A DNA stretch of 64,000 bases from a virus. The position numbers and the translations under genes were made by a program. Below, piece after piece: positions 63,718 to 64,000 of the stretch (positions are counted from its first letter, which is position 1; every line of letters begins with the position of its first letter). A model generated the notes under the pieces. That model was not told the origin of the DNA, made no database searches, and saw only the letters and a program-made list of their open reading frames with translations. The stretch lies in IMG/VR virus record IMGVR_UViG_3300023174_005350, positions 1 to 64,000 of that record; one strand, written 5' to 3'.

Positions 63718-64000
63718 ATGGCATTTTTGGACAATTCTGGTGATATCATTTTAGACGCTGTTTTAACTGATACTGGTCGCATGAGATTAGCCAAGGGAGA
63801 TGGTTCATTTAGAATAGTAAAATTCGCATTAGCAGATGATGAAATTGATTATACTACATATAATCGTAACACAGGCTCTGCTTTTAGTGATTTAGAAATA
63901 TTACAAACACCCGTTTTAGAAGCATTTACAAATAATTCCGCAACAATGAAAAGCAAATTGATATCTATCAATCGCAATAATTTGCTATTCCTCCCAGTAA
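63718..64000 (+). CDS. virion structural protein, truncated by window end
   Basis: GAGG SD; ACTAGTTA at 63683; MAFLDNSGDIILDAVLTDTGR...KFALADDEIDY. Confidence 0.7.
   Translation, partial: MAFLDNSGDIILDAVLTDTGRMRLAKGDGSFRIVKFALADDEIDYTTYNRNTGSAFSDLEILQTPVLEAFTNNSATMKSKLISINRNNLLFLPV

Overview
A 64-kb segment of a large, AT-rich myovirus-type bacteriophage genome, coded almost entirely on the + strand in the standard genetic code. (1) 1-~3700 is a distinct, visibly more GC-rich early or host-takeover-like region. Nearly every tiny gene there, many of them Cys4 zinc-finger microproteins, has its own near-consensus sigma70 promoter, and most of the mRNAs look leaderless. Five gene-less elements punctuate it; in each, a forward promoter (sigma70 and/or sigma54 consensus) faces a reverse sigma70 promoter across a GC hairpin. 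(2) ~3.8-24 kb is an accessory region. It holds a family of 'IGDLV' small beta-barrel paralogues, nucleases (MvaI/BcnI-like, HNH, DEDDh, PD-(D/E)XK), putative head-internal proteins, SLT and GH19 muralytic enzymes, ClpP, a trypsin-like protease, a SpoU methylase, PIN-PhoH, tRNA-Ala and tRNA-Ser. It also holds a ~310-nt intergenic RNA whose ends rebuild the 23S rRNA L11-binding/GTPase-associated centre (H43-H44) around a ~250-nt insert. (3) 24.3-35.3 kb is a sugar-nucleotide and glycosyltransferase cluster (gmd, GTs, RmlB, split transketolase, DdhC/RfbH). (4) 36-64 kb contains a gp55-like late sigma factor and baseplate/tail genes. A CTAnTTA motif is the likely late promoter. All functional calls come from motif recognition by eye; no searches were run.
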